Part shown: piece by piece, positions 1-9,671 of the stretch
Numbering within the stretch: position 1 is the stretch's first letter
How the letters are laid out: each line of letters begins with the position of its first letter
From: an uncultured Candidatus Actinomarina sp.
Lineage (GTDB): Bacteria > Actinomycetota > Acidimicrobiia > Actinomarinales > Actinomarinaceae
Reading direction: 5' to 3'
DNA: 64,000 nt
Assembly: GCA_902593475.1 (NCBI GenBank)
Contig: CACJIM010000004.1
Coordinates: 340-64,339, forward strand
Position numbers and translations under genes: made by a program
The notes under the pieces: generated by a model
What the model was told of the DNA's origin: nothing
Database searches by the model: none
The model's input: the letters and a program-made list of their open reading frames with translations, nothing else

Positions 1-580
1 TTACAAGCTCAATTGTGGCTCCTACAAGTCCAGCACCTTCTGTAATATTCTTTTCAGTGGTTGTACCAGCATTTGTACATACTCTTAGTCCATCAATGTC
101 AGCAAGAGTTGAAGATGAAGAAAGTCCATCAGAAACTCTACCCATTAATTGTTGACCGTCAAAGTAAGTTGTTGGTCCAAAATCATTACCAAGCTCAGTG
201 TCTCGGCTTTGAGTCCATGTTGTGTTTCTTATTAACACGTCGATTTCACCAGCGCTAAGTGCTGTGAATCTTTCAGCAGCAGTAAGTTGCTTAAATTCAA
301 CTTTACTGTAATCGCCGAAAACAGCAGCAGCAACTGCATAACAGTAGTCAACGTCAAATCCTGAATAAGAACCGTCGTCCCCTACTTCAGTGAATCCAGT
401 TGCACCGGTGCTAACACCGCACTTAAGGAATCCTCTTTCTTGAACTTGTTCAAGAGTTGATTCCCCTTCGTGGTCATGTTCTTCTTCAGTAGCTTCAACA
501 GCAGCTTCTTCGGTTGTGTCTCCACAAGCGACGATTACCATTGCAAATACTAAAAGAAAAACAATTGCTTTTTTATTCAA
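1..580 (-). CDS. Amino-acid ABC transporter substrate-binding lipoprotein (AapJ/BztA-like); 3' end lies outside the window
   Basis: Not in the ORF track because it runs off the window. The reverse-strand frame starts at TTG 580, 7 nt after GGAG. It reads MNKKAIVFLLVFAMVIVAC (lipobox), then GFLKCGVSTGATGF, GFDVDYCYAVAAAVFGD and LTAAERFTALSAGEIDVLIRNTTWTQSRD. These motifs are typical of general L-amino-acid binding proteins. Confidence 0.8.
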   Translation of the reverse strand, partial: MNKKAIVFLLVFAMVIVACGDTTEEAAVEATEEEHDHEGESTLEQVQERGFLKCGVSTGATGFTEVGDDGSYSGFDVDYCYAVAAAVFGDYSKVEFKQLTAAERFTALSAGEIDVLIRNTTWTQSRDTELGNDFGPTTYFDGQQLMGRVSDGLSSSSTLADIDGLRVCTNAGTTTEKNITEGAGLVGATIELV

Positions 581-780
581 TGTTTATCTCCTTTTAATTA
601 AAAGTAGACAGCTTCATTAGAAGCCGTATGTTATTAATTTAATATAGTTAGATTTTTGTATCAATGAAAAATTATGTAAATAAACAAACTGTTTGCAATT
701 TAATTTAAATTCGCTAAGAAACCCCTACTGTTTATAAGAAAACTGCATTATTATTTTATGTTGTATCTAAGGAGAAAAAA

Positions 781-2052
781 TTGTCCACTACCGTAGTTCT
801 CGGCGCCCAGTGGGGAGATGAAGGTAAGGGTAAAGTCACAGATTTTTTTGCTTCTACAGCCGATTTTGTTGTCAGATTTCAAGGTGGAAACAATGCTGGT
901 CATACAATTGTAGTTGGAGAAGACAAAATTGCTTTGTCTTTAACACCTTCTGGAGTTCTATATCCTGACTGTGTTCCAGTAATCGGTTCAGGGTGTGTAA
1001 TTGACTTGGGCTTTTTAAAACAAGAGCTCAAAATGTTAAAAGAAAAAAATATTAATATTGAGAAGTTAGCTATTTCACCCAACGCTCATTTAATTATGCC
1101 CTATCACAAATTACTTGATGAGTTAATCGAAGAAAGTTTAGGAGAAAACAAAATAGGAACGACAAAAAAAGGAATTGGCCCTTGTTATGCTGACAAAATA
1201 CAGAGGCGTGGCATAAGATTACAAGACTTGTTAGACCAAGAAGTATTTGAAAAAAAAGTAAACTCAAATATTGAAGAAACTAATCTCACGCTTACAAAAA
1301 TCTACGAACGACCTCCATTGGTAGCTGAGGAAATAATTGAAGAATTTAATGGTTATAGAGATATTGTCACTAACCATATAAAAGACACCTCACTTTTAAT
1401 TGAAAATGCTATTAAAGAGAGTAAAACAATTTTATTTGAAGGGGCCCAAGGTACACTGCTCGACATAGATCATGGAACTTATCCATTTGTAACTAGCTCA
1501 AATACATCTGCAGGAAATGCTGCTATTGGATCCGGAGTTGGTCCAAAAAATATAGACCGAATTGTTGGAGTAACAAAAGCCTATATATCTCGAGTTGGAA
1601 GTGGACCATTTATTACAGAACAAAAAAATGAGATTGGTGACTACCTAATCGAAAAAGGTGCAGAGTTTGGTGTAGTTACGGGTCGTAGAAGAAGATGTGG
1701 TTGGCTTGATTTAATTTCTTTGAAGTATTCAGTAAGAGTTAATTCATTAACTGAGCTATTTATAACTAAACTTGATGTTCTCTCTGGATTAGAAGAAATA
1801 AATTTATGCATTGGATATAAGTATGAAAATAAGCTTTTTACAGATTATCCATATAAAGAAAGTATTCATTATAAAGCTGAGCCTGTTTATAAAGCTTTTG
1901 ATGGATGGACAGAAGATATTTCCTCTGTAAAGAATTATGAAGACTTACCAAAAAACGCACAAACTTACATAAAAGCAATTGAAGACTTTATTGAAGTACC
2001 CATTACGTTCATCTCCGTTGGGCCTGAGAGAACAGAAAATATAATAATTTAA
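781..2052 (+). CDS. purA: Adenylosuccinate synthetase
   Basis: 423 aa, full length. Motifs GAQWGDEGKGK, GGNNAGHT and TTKKGIGP are present. TTG start follows AAGGAG. Confidence 0.97.
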   Translation: MSTTVVLGAQWGDEGKGKVTDFFASTADFVVRFQGGNNAGHTIVVGEDKIALSLTPSGVLYPDCVPVIGSGCVIDLGFLKQELKMLKEKNINIEKLAISPNAHLIMPYHKLLDELIEESLGENKIGTTKKGIGPCYADKIQRRGIRLQDLLDQEVFEKKVNSNIEETNLTLTKIYERPPLVAEEIIEEFNGYRDIVTNHIKDTSLLIENAIKESKTILFEGAQGTLLDIDHGTYPFVTSSNTSAGNAAIGSGVGPKNIDRIVGVTKAYISRVGSGPFITEQKNEIGDYLIEKGAEFGVVTGRRRRCGWLDLISLKYSVRVNSLTELFITKLDVLSGLEEINLCIGYKYENKLFTDYPYKESIHYKAEPVYKAFDGWTEDISSVKNYEDLPKNAQTYIKAIEDFIEVPITFISVGPERTENIII

Positions 2053-2053
2053 A

Positions 2054-3316
2054 ATGATTGAGAGATATTTAAATCCAGAAATTAATTCTATTTGGGACGA
2101 TCAAAACAAATTCGATACATGGAAATTGGTTCAAGAAAAATATGTTGAGACACTAGAAGAGTTAAATGTAGCTGAAAATGGAATCGCTAAAAAAATAAAT
2201 CAATCAGTTGTTCAAAAGAATGAAGTGTATAAACAAGAGAAGATTACAAACCATGATTTAGCTTCATTTGTTGACATATTGCAAAAAAAAGTTGGTGAAG
2301 GTTCTAATTGGATACATTACGGATTAACAAGCTCCGACATAGTTGATACTGCAAATAGCGTTTTAATTATGCAGTCACTTGATTATGTTAGAGATTTAAT
2401 AAACGATTTGCTTTCAACTTTACAGGAGAAAGCTGTGCAAGAAAAAGATACTTCGATCATTGGAAGAACTCATGGTGTTTACGCAGAAGAAACTTTTTTA
2501 GGAAATATCTTTGGCAACTGGCACCTAGAAGTTGCCCGAGGATTGAATCGACTTGAGAATTCTAAAAATAATATTTCTTTTGGTAAATTAAGTGGCCCAG
2601 TTGGAAACCACTCAGTAGTTACTTCTGAAATGGAGAAGCTTACACTTGAGAAATTAAATTTAAAGCCTGAGCAGTTTGCAAATCAGATTGTAAGTAGAGA
2701 CCGATATGCAGAGGTTGTTAGCTCACTTGGTATACTCGCATCTACTTATGAGAGGATTGCTACAAACATACGTAGCTATCAGCGTTCTGAGATATCTGAA
2801 ATATTCGAGTCATTTAAAGATGGGCAAAAAGGTTCTTCGGCAATGCCCCATAAAAAGAATCCTATTGGTAGTGAAAGAATAACCGGATTAGCAAGAATAA
2901 TGAGATCTTATGTAAGCACTAGCTTAGAGAATATGGTTTTATGGAACGAAAGAGACATTTCTAATTCCTCAGTAGAAAGGATCATGCTCCCAGATGCTTT
3001 TCACCTTATTAGTTTTATGAGTATCGAGTTGAATTCAATACTAAAACACTTAGTTATAAATTATGAACAAATAAATGTAAACCTTGAAGATGCAAAAAAT
3101 AAATCTGTAAGTCAAAAATTTCTTTCATATCTCGTGAACAACGGGGTTGATAGAGATACAGCATATAGAAAAATTCAAGAAGAAATTTTTAACAATTTAT
3201 CTGCTGAAGAATTAAAAAAAGAGCTTGAAAAAGAATTTAAATTAGAATTTCCAGATTTAGAAAATCAAGTTAATAAAAACGTCGACGAAAAAACGTTTAA
3301 AGATAAATTTCAATAA
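2054..3316 (+). CDS. purB: Adenylosuccinate lyase
   Basis: 420 aa with the fumarate-lyase signature GSSAMPHKKNP. It begins 1 nt after the purA stop. Confidence 0.95.
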   Translation: MIERYLNPEINSIWDDQNKFDTWKLVQEKYVETLEELNVAENGIAKKINQSVVQKNEVYKQEKITNHDLASFVDILQKKVGEGSNWIHYGLTSSDIVDTANSVLIMQSLDYVRDLINDLLSTLQEKAVQEKDTSIIGRTHGVYAEETFLGNIFGNWHLEVARGLNRLENSKNNISFGKLSGPVGNHSVVTSEMEKLTLEKLNLKPEQFANQIVSRDRYAEVVSSLGILASTYERIATNIRSYQRSEISEIFESFKDGQKGSSAMPHKKNPIGSERITGLARIMRSYVSTSLENMVLWNERDISNSSVERIMLPDAFHLISFMSIELNSILKHLVINYEQINVNLEDAKNKSVSQKFLSYLVNNGVDRDTAYRKIQEEIFNNLSAEELKKELEKEFKLEFPDLENQVNKNVDEKTFKDKFQ

Positions 3317-3317
3317 A

Positions 3318-3998
3318 TTGGATAAATTTAAATCAAAATTTCTTGAAATAAGAGAAGAAGTTAAAGATTTACTTCCAAACAATGAAGGTGTAATTGATGC
3401 CGTAATTGCTCCAGTGTTTTTTGTTGTGTTGGCTAACTTTGTTGATTTAAATACAGCGATCTTTAGTACAGGTGGATTACTTATTGTTTTTCTAATTTAC
3501 AGAAGACTAAGAAAACAAGATTTAAAGTTTGTTTTTTACGGATTTGTTGGATCTGCTATTGCACTACTTCTAGCAAGACTTCAAGGAAGTGCTTCTGGGT
3601 TTTTCATTCCTGGAATTGTAAGAGATGCAACAATTGCAATCTTTGGATTAATTTCGATACTAATAAGAAAGCCATTTACCATATATAGTTCAAAAGCATT
3701 TAGGAATTGGCCTAAAGGATGGTATTTTCACCCCAGAGTACGCCCTGCTTATACAAAAGTTGCTATTATTTGGACCATATATTTGTCTCTAAAGGCTGGG
3801 TTACAAATTTACTTCTTTAACAATCCTGAAATACTGGTTGTAATCAAACTTGCAACATCTAATCAAAGCACTTTGATTCTTTTAGTAATTTCATATATTG
3901 TTGGTCAAAGAAGTTTACAAAATTTAAATGGTCCAAGTGTTGACGAATTCTTAAATAATTCACCTGAACCTTGGATAAGCCAACAAAAAGGATTTTAA
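3318..3998 (+). CDS. Integral membrane protein, possibly DUF3159-like
   Basis: 226 aa with several hydrophobic helices and a TTG start. The resemblance to actinobacterial DUF3159 proteins is from memory only. Confidence 0.5.
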   Translation: MDKFKSKFLEIREEVKDLLPNNEGVIDAVIAPVFFVVLANFVDLNTAIFSTGGLLIVFLIYRRLRKQDLKFVFYGFVGSAIALLLARLQGSASGFFIPGIVRDATIAIFGLISILIRKPFTIYSSKAFRNWPKGWYFHPRVRPAYTKVAIIWTIYLSLKAGLQIYFFNNPEILVVIKLATSNQSTLILLVISYIVGQRSLQNLNGPSVDEFLNNSPEPWISQQKGF

Positions 3999-4012
3999 GG
4001 TAAAATTTAATT

Positions 4013-5233
4013 ATGAATAATTTATCAACCTCTGAACTCTCGTCTCTTGCAATAATTTTTGGGATTTTAATCATTACATATTTTGTATTGAGAAGCATAC
4101 TCTTTCCTGCTTTAAAAAAAATAGCAAAAAGAACATCAACGTTTATTGATGATTTATTTCTGGAAAAAAAATTTCTGAATCGACTTTCATATGTTCTAGT
4201 AATTATAGTTTTTACCTTTTTGACTTCATCTCCTAGATTTAATCTTGAAATATTTTCAAATCCAATAATTTCTAGACTTCTTGATTCATTACTGACTCTG
4301 TTTGTCGGTCTTACCATACTTGAAATGCTCACTGTGTTTAATAAGGTTTCTGAAAATATAGATGTATTAAAAAATAAACCTATCAAAGGATATATTCAAA
4401 TAATAAAAATAATTATCGCATCATTCATCGCGATAATTATTTTTGCAATAATAACTGGTCAATCAGTGGCTTACTACATAAGTGGTCTTGGAGCTTTGAC
4501 TGCAGTATTGTTGTTAGTCTTTCAAGATACAATTCTTTCATTTGTAGCATCAGTCCAAATTGGTCAAAATGACATAATTAAAATTGGTGACTGGATAGAG
4601 GTTCCCGAGTTTGGTGCAGATGGAGATGTTGTAGATATAGCCCTTCACACTGTAAAAGTACAAAATTGGGACAAAACAATTACAACAATACCTACATCAA
4701 AAATTGTTAATACTTCTGTGAAAAACTGGAGGGCAATGTCTGAGTATGGAGGGAGGAGAATAAAAAGATCAATATTAATAGATATTTCTAGTATAAAGTT
4801 TTTAACTGCAGAAGAAACAGTCGAACTTCAAAAGCTTTCACCAATTAAGAGCTATATTTCAGAAAAAAACGAGGAGTTAGAAGAGTTTAATAAATTAAAC
4901 AGTGAGTCTTCTAACCAATTAGAAACTAGGAGATTAACAAATATCGGAACTTATAGAGCGTATGTTGAGAACTATTTGAAACAAAGTCAAAATTTAAACA
5001 CTGACACCATGACTTTTTTAGTTCGTCAATTACCCTCTTCTCCTGAAGGAGTGCCTATAGAAATATATACATTTACGAATACAACAGAGTGGGTTGCTTA
5101 TGAAAAAATACAATCAGACATTTTTGATCACTTATTTGCAATTCTTCCAAAATTTGGATTACGAGTTTTCCAAAGTGGTGTAATAGAGGCTGTGGCTATG
5201 AAAAACTTACCATTTAACCAACTGGACGAATAA
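4013..5233 (+). CDS. Mechanosensitive ion channel, MscS family
   Basis: 406 aa. N-terminal TM helices are followed by an MscS-like core: IGDWIEVPEFGADGDVVDIALHTVKVQNWDKTITTIPTSKI. Confidence 0.85.
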   Translation: MNNLSTSELSSLAIIFGILIITYFVLRSILFPALKKIAKRTSTFIDDLFLEKKFLNRLSYVLVIIVFTFLTSSPRFNLEIFSNPIISRLLDSLLTLFVGLTILEMLTVFNKVSENIDVLKNKPIKGYIQIIKIIIASFIAIIIFAIITGQSVAYYISGLGALTAVLLLVFQDTILSFVASVQIGQNDIIKIGDWIEVPEFGADGDVVDIALHTVKVQNWDKTITTIPTSKIVNTSVKNWRAMSEYGGRRIKRSILIDISSIKFLTAEETVELQKLSPIKSYISEKNEELEEFNKLNSESSNQLETRRLTNIGTYRAYVENYLKQSQNLNTDTMTFLVRQLPSSPEGVPIEIYTFTNTTEWVAYEKIQSDIFDHLFAILPKFGLRVFQSGVIEAVAMKNLPFNQLDE

Positions 5234-6701
5234 ATCTTCTGACAAGCGTAAGAGCTCCAAATATTATAAAAATATAATTTAAATAATTTCCATATTTGCT
5301 GTATGGAGTATCTGTTTGTCTTACTTCAAGTTTTTCATTTAATGTTGTTGTTTCAAATAATTCAGTTTTAGAAATAACTTTTCCATTGTGATCTATGAAC
5401 GCTGATTTACCTGTAATTGCAGCATGTACAATTGGTCTATCATTTGAAATAGCATTTGCCCTGGACATTAATATAAATTGGTCCGACATCCCACTTTCTC
5501 CATAGCTTGCTTGGTTAGTAAGGATTACAACTAACTCTGCACCGTCCATGACACTGTTTCTAATGTATCTTTGGAAAGACCCTTCAAATGAGATAACAGT
5601 TGATATTTTTGTATCATTAACCATAAATATTTTTTGACCATCTCCCCTAATCATGTCACGAGGAACTAGTGCTAGTGATGGAATCCAATCTAAATATTTT
5701 CTAAATGGAATATACTCTCCAAAAGGAACGGGGTGCTGTTTTAAATATTGATCTACAACCTCTCCCTCTCTGTTAATAAAGATTCCATAATTTTCGAAAT
5801 ATTCTTTTTGTACAGGTCTGTCTCCCCCAATTAAAAAATATGAATCTAATCTTAGAGCTTGGGTAGAAACGTCATTTTGAACTCTACTATGTACTCCCGG
5901 ATCATTGTTAAATCCAGTTGAGCTCTCAGGCCAAACAACTAAATCAAAATTGCCTTCGAGGGATTGGGTTTGAGCTAAATGGCTATCATAAATTTTTTGC
6001 CTTTCATTGCTGCATCTGTTTTTTGCACCAGGACAAGGACTGTTTCCTTGAACGATTGTAATGTTGAGTTCTGATGTTTCTAACTGAGTGTACTGATAGT
6101 CATTAAAAACATAATTTGAAATGAATATTGTGAAAATTATTAATAAAAATATGCTGTAATCCTTTAAGTAATTTTTTGGTTTGCTTTTTGAAAAAACACC
6201 TAGTGCAATTACTAAAGGAAGAGATTGTAGTAAAAGTGAAGATCCCGTTGGTCCAAAGTTTCTGAATGTCCAAGGTACTACAAAAAATAATGGGCTATCT
6301 ATAGGGCCTGTCAGTAAAACTGTTGATGGAAAACCCCAAGGAAATCCTCCAAAAGGAAAATATGCTCTGATCAAATCGAAGACTGCTAAAGCTGCCAACA
6401 ATACATAGAAATTATTTCCAGATTTTGTATTTAGATAAGAAAATAATTTTGAGAATACTCCATACATCAACCCCATTAAAAATGTCAACGGTATCCAGGC
6501 TTCAAGTCCTATTGATTGAATTCCTAATAGAATCACGCCGTAAGCGACGCACCCAAAGATAAATCCTGACAGAAAAGATTTTTTACTTGAAAGCAATGAA
6601 TAATACAAAAGATAAAGTGCAGGAAATATTAAATACCAAAAATCATAAGGAGGAAAACTTAAGGAGTAGAGCAAGCCGGCAATAATGGCATTCATAAACA
6701 T
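5214..6701 (-). CDS. lnt: Apolipoprotein N-acyltransferase homologue
   Basis: 495 aa with a multi-TM N-terminus and a CN-hydrolase domain. It has VVWPE (Glu) and YLKQHPVPFGEYIP (Lys) motifs. The expected nucleophile motif ICYE reads ISFE (see findings). Confidence 0.85.
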   Translation of the reverse strand: MFMNAIIAGLLYSLSFPPYDFWYLIFPALYLLYYSLLSSKKSFLSGFIFGCVAYGVILLGIQSIGLEAWIPLTFLMGLMYGVFSKLFSYLNTKSGNNFYVLLAALAVFDLIRAYFPFGGFPWGFPSTVLLTGPIDSPLFFVVPWTFRNFGPTGSSLLLQSLPLVIALGVFSKSKPKNYLKDYSIFLLIIFTIFISNYVFNDYQYTQLETSELNITIVQGNSPCPGAKNRCSNERQKIYDSHLAQTQSLEGNFDLVVWPESSTGFNNDPGVHSRVQNDVSTQALRLDSYFLIGGDRPVQKEYFENYGIFINREGEVVDQYLKQHPVPFGEYIPFRKYLDWIPSLALVPRDMIRGDGQKIFMVNDTKISTVISFEGSFQRYIRNSVMDGAELVVILTNQASYGESGMSDQFILMSRANAISNDRPIVHAAITGKSAFIDHNGKVISKTELFETTTLNEKLEVRQTDTPYSKYGNYLNYIFIIFGALTLVRRFIRPVG

Positions 6702-6738
6702 ATGCTTATATGTTAATAATCCCCCTAGTTGAAATAAA

Positions 6739-7473
6739 CTAATTTATGTTTCTCAAAATAACATAAAGCCCAGAAATAATGGAAAAATAAGTTACTGACT
6801 GGGCAATAAAACTGTCTGAGACTTTTGAGAAAAGCGAGCTAGAAACTCTAATGCCTACCAAAACAACTGGAAGAAATAACATAAATAAAAGTAGGTGGTC
6901 AACATAAAGATTGCCACTAAGAATTAAAAGAGACAATGTAATCAAAATTCCTATGCTAAATACACTATTGAGAGATGGCCTAAATTCCTGAGATTTAGTA
7001 TTCCTATAAAGTAAAGCTACAGGAGGACCACCAATGGCTGCGATCATCCCAAAAATACCTGAAAAAGTACCTGCAAAAAAGGAATTCAAAGTATTTCTGT
7101 TAATTTCCCACCCAAAAAAAGAGCCTGCACCTGCTATAAAAACTATAAGCCCTACAGAGATTGATAAATATTTTTCGGATAAGTTTAATAATAACAAGAG
7201 TCCAATTGGTCCTCCTATTAATCGGCCTAAAATAAGTGGCTTGACTTTAGATAAATCAACTTCGTCTTTTTCTCGGTAAAAAACTCTTAAAGCTAGTGGC
7301 AAACCAAGTAAAGCGAGCAATTGCGGCACCAGACTAGGCTCAATTTGAACAATTATTGGTGAAGCAATAACAGCAAAACCAAAACCCAAAACGCCTTGAA
7401 CAGCAGAGCCAATAAAAAGTAGTAATGCAATAAAAATTACTTCAAATAGCGTTAAGTCAAACGGTAAATTCAA
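6739..7473 (-). CDS. TauE/SafE (DUF81) family membrane anion exporter
   Basis: 244 aa, polytopic, with Gly-rich helices. Its TTG start overlaps the stop of the upstream SelW-like frame (TTGA). Confidence 0.75.
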   Translation of the reverse strand: MNLPFDLTLFEVIFIALLLFIGSAVQGVLGFGFAVIASPIIVQIEPSLVPQLLALLGLPLALRVFYREKDEVDLSKVKPLILGRLIGGPIGLLLLLNLSEKYLSISVGLIVFIAGAGSFFGWEINRNTLNSFFAGTFSGIFGMIAAIGGPPVALLYRNTKSQEFRPSLNSVFSIGILITLSLLILSGNLYVDHLLLFMLFLPVVLVGIRVSSSLFSKVSDSFIAQSVTYFSIISGLYVILRNIN

Positions 7474-7706
7474 CCAAGATCTTCTTCAATTAATTTAAGA
7501 ATTTCTCCATCTTCTGAGTGTCTTCCAAGTTCTTTTTTTGAAAATAATAATTTTTCATCTAAATGAAATTCAAATACTCCACCACCGCTTGGAATTAATT
7601 GAATGTTTGTAACTTTGTTACCGTAAACTTCTAAGATATCTTCAATCGTGCTAACTGCACGAGGTGTGTAGTTTCAAACTACACAAAATTCAAGTTTGAT
7701 TTCCAT
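7470..7706 (-). CDS. SelW/Rdx-family thioredoxin-like protein with in-frame TGA (candidate selenocysteine)
   Basis: Not in the ORF track. The frame runs ATG 7706 to TGA 7470 and reads MEIKLEFCVV-TGA-NYTPRAVSTIEDILEVYGNKVTNIQLIPSGGGVFEFHLDEKLLFSKKELGRHSEDGEILKLIEEDLG. The TGA (7674-7676) sits at the U position of a CxxU redox motif. Two hairpins lie at and just after the TGA. Confidence 0.65.
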
Positions 7707-7743
7707 AACTAAATACTATCATATAAAAAGTTAAAGGAGTTGA

Positions 7744-9642
7744 GTGTACAACTATTCAGACATATCTTTAGGAAAATTAGAAGAAGACTTAAATAATACA
7801 ATCGAAGAATGTAAAGATTTGGTTAGTAATATTAAATCTTCTGAAAATATCGATTTATCGAATTTTAATGAGCTGGAGAGTGCAATTTATGATCTTTCTG
7901 GACGCATTGCGTTTATGGGAGATGTACATCCAGATGAAAAAATAAGAAATTTTGGAAATGAAGCAGATTCAAAAATACAAAATCTTGCACTTGAAATATT
8001 TAAAGATCAAGATCTATACAAAAAGTTTAAAGAAATAGAAACCAAAAATTTAGATGAAGAATCGAAAACATTTTATAGAGATTTAGAAATTGACTTCAAA
8101 GATGCAGGACATGGTCTATCAGATGAAAAAAAGGGTAGACTCACAGAAATCGAAAAAAAGCTTATAGATCTGAGCATTTCTTTTTCAGAAAATATTGCAA
8201 AAGACAAAACTGAAGTTATGTTTTTGGAAGATGAACTAAAAGGTCTGAGTCAAAATGAACTTAAAAACTTGAAGAAAAATAAAGATAGTTTTGTTATAAC
8301 AATGGCATATCCGGACATCAATGCTGTTATGGAAAACTGCAGTGTGAGAAAGACTAGAGAAATTGTTTGGAAAGCTTTTAACAATCGAGCTGTAAAAGAA
8401 AATAGTCCAATTCTTGAAGAAGCTGTTCAGCTTAGAAATGAAAAGGCTTTGTTGTTTGGATTTAAAACTTGGGCTGAATATAGATTGCAGAATAGGATGG
8501 CAAAGTCACCAAAAAATGTAGCTTCAATGTATGAGAGCTTGATTCCAAAATTACAAAAAGCAGCTGAAGTAGAAAAAATTGAACTTGCAATAGATAACAT
8601 CGAAATTTCTGATATAACACCTTGGGATATACGCTATTTTATTTCAAAAGAAAGAAGCAAAGTAAGCAGCATTGAGAATAGTGAATTAAAAAAATTCTTT
8701 TACATACATGATGTGAAAACTGAAATGTTTAAAGTTTGTGAAGAAGTGTTTGATTTGCATATAAAACCTGAATCGAATGAAACTGCATGGCATGAAGATG
8801 TTGAGCTTTGGTCTTTATGGGAAAAAAATGGTCAACAATTAGCCTACTTTTATTTAGACCTTTATCCAAGAGAAGGAAAATTTACACACGCTGCAGTATT
8901 CGATATATCTTCTGGTGGATCTAGCAGACAAGAGTTGCCAATATGCTCAATGGTTGCAAATTTCCCAAACCCGAACACAGGAGATGGTTTAATGACTTTC
9001 GATGAAGTTGAAACTCTTTTTCATGAATTTGGCCATGTTCTACACAACGGAGTTGGAAAATCAAAATATACGAGATTTGTTGGTGCAAACTGTGAATGGG
9101 ACTTCGTCGAAGCACCAAGTCAAATTATGGAGCATTGGGTATGGAAAGTAGAATGTATGAAAAGAATTTCAATGCATATTGAATCTGGTGAATCATTGTC
9201 TGAAGAAATATGTGAAAAATTAAATAAATCAAAAAATATTGGAGTTAGTTTACTTACACTCAGGCAGGTTTCATTTGGTCTTGCAGACCAACATTTACAT
9301 GGTGAAAACTTTAAAGACAGCCTTTTAGAAATAGAACATGCAGCACAAAAAGTTACATCAATAACATATCCGAAAGATATCAATCATCTAGCAGCTTTTG
9401 GACATTTACTTGGTGGGTATGATGCAGCTTATTATGGTTATTTGTGGGCTGAAATAATCGGTGATGACTTATTTAGTAGATTTGAAAATGAAGGAGTATT
9501 GTCTAATTCTGTTGGTGTTGACTATAAAAATAAAATTCTAAAGCCTGGAGGAACTGTACCTGCTGAAAACATGGTTCAGGACTTTTTAGGTAGAAAATGG
9601 AATGATGAGGCCTTTTTATCCCAAAAAAACTTGTCAAAATAA
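7744..9642 (+). CDS. M3-family zinc metallopeptidase (oligopeptidase A / dipeptidyl carboxypeptidase-like)
   Basis: 632 aa with the HEFGH zinc motif in the context LFHEFGHVLH. GTG start follows AAAGGAG. Confidence 0.9.
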   Translation: MYNYSDISLGKLEEDLNNTIEECKDLVSNIKSSENIDLSNFNELESAIYDLSGRIAFMGDVHPDEKIRNFGNEADSKIQNLALEIFKDQDLYKKFKEIETKNLDEESKTFYRDLEIDFKDAGHGLSDEKKGRLTEIEKKLIDLSISFSENIAKDKTEVMFLEDELKGLSQNELKNLKKNKDSFVITMAYPDINAVMENCSVRKTREIVWKAFNNRAVKENSPILEEAVQLRNEKALLFGFKTWAEYRLQNRMAKSPKNVASMYESLIPKLQKAAEVEKIELAIDNIEISDITPWDIRYFISKERSKVSSIENSELKKFFYIHDVKTEMFKVCEEVFDLHIKPESNETAWHEDVELWSLWEKNGQQLAYFYLDLYPREGKFTHAAVFDISSGGSSRQELPICSMVANFPNPNTGDGLMTFDEVETLFHEFGHVLHNGVGKSKYTRFVGANCEWDFVEAPSQIMEHWVWKVECMKRISMHIESGESLSEEICEKLNKSKNIGVSLLTLRQVSFGLADQHLHGENFKDSLLEIEHAAQKVTSITYPKDINHLAAFGHLLGGYDAAYYGYLWAEIIGDDLFSRFENEGVLSNSVGVDYKNKILKPGGTVPAENMVQDFLGRKWNDEAFLSQKNLSK

Positions 9643-9671
9643 AGTTGCCATCTAAAATAAAAGTGTTAAGC

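Noticed and set aside
685-695. CAAAC-T-GTTTG inverted repeat upstream of purA, resembling a PurR box
   Set aside because: It has only 5-bp arms and an odd centre, unlike the 16-bp LacI-type PurR operator. Actinobacteria are not known to use that regulator, and chance occurrence is likely in AT-rich DNA.
3859-4386. 175-aa antisense ORF overlapping the DUF3159-like and MscS genes. Similar antisense ORFs occur at 10537-10920, 18135-18557, 22239-22574, 61954-62322 and elsewhere.
   Set aside because: All lie opposite well-supported genes with recognisable motifs. Their Ser/Ile/Phe/Leu-rich composition is typical of the antisense frame in AT-rich DNA.
7674-7676. Interpreting the in-frame TGA as evidence for a reassigned genetic code (TGA as Trp or Gly)
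   Set aside because: TGA terminates well-supported genes in this window (asd, ask) at ATGA overlaps, and all other proteins are full length under the standard code.
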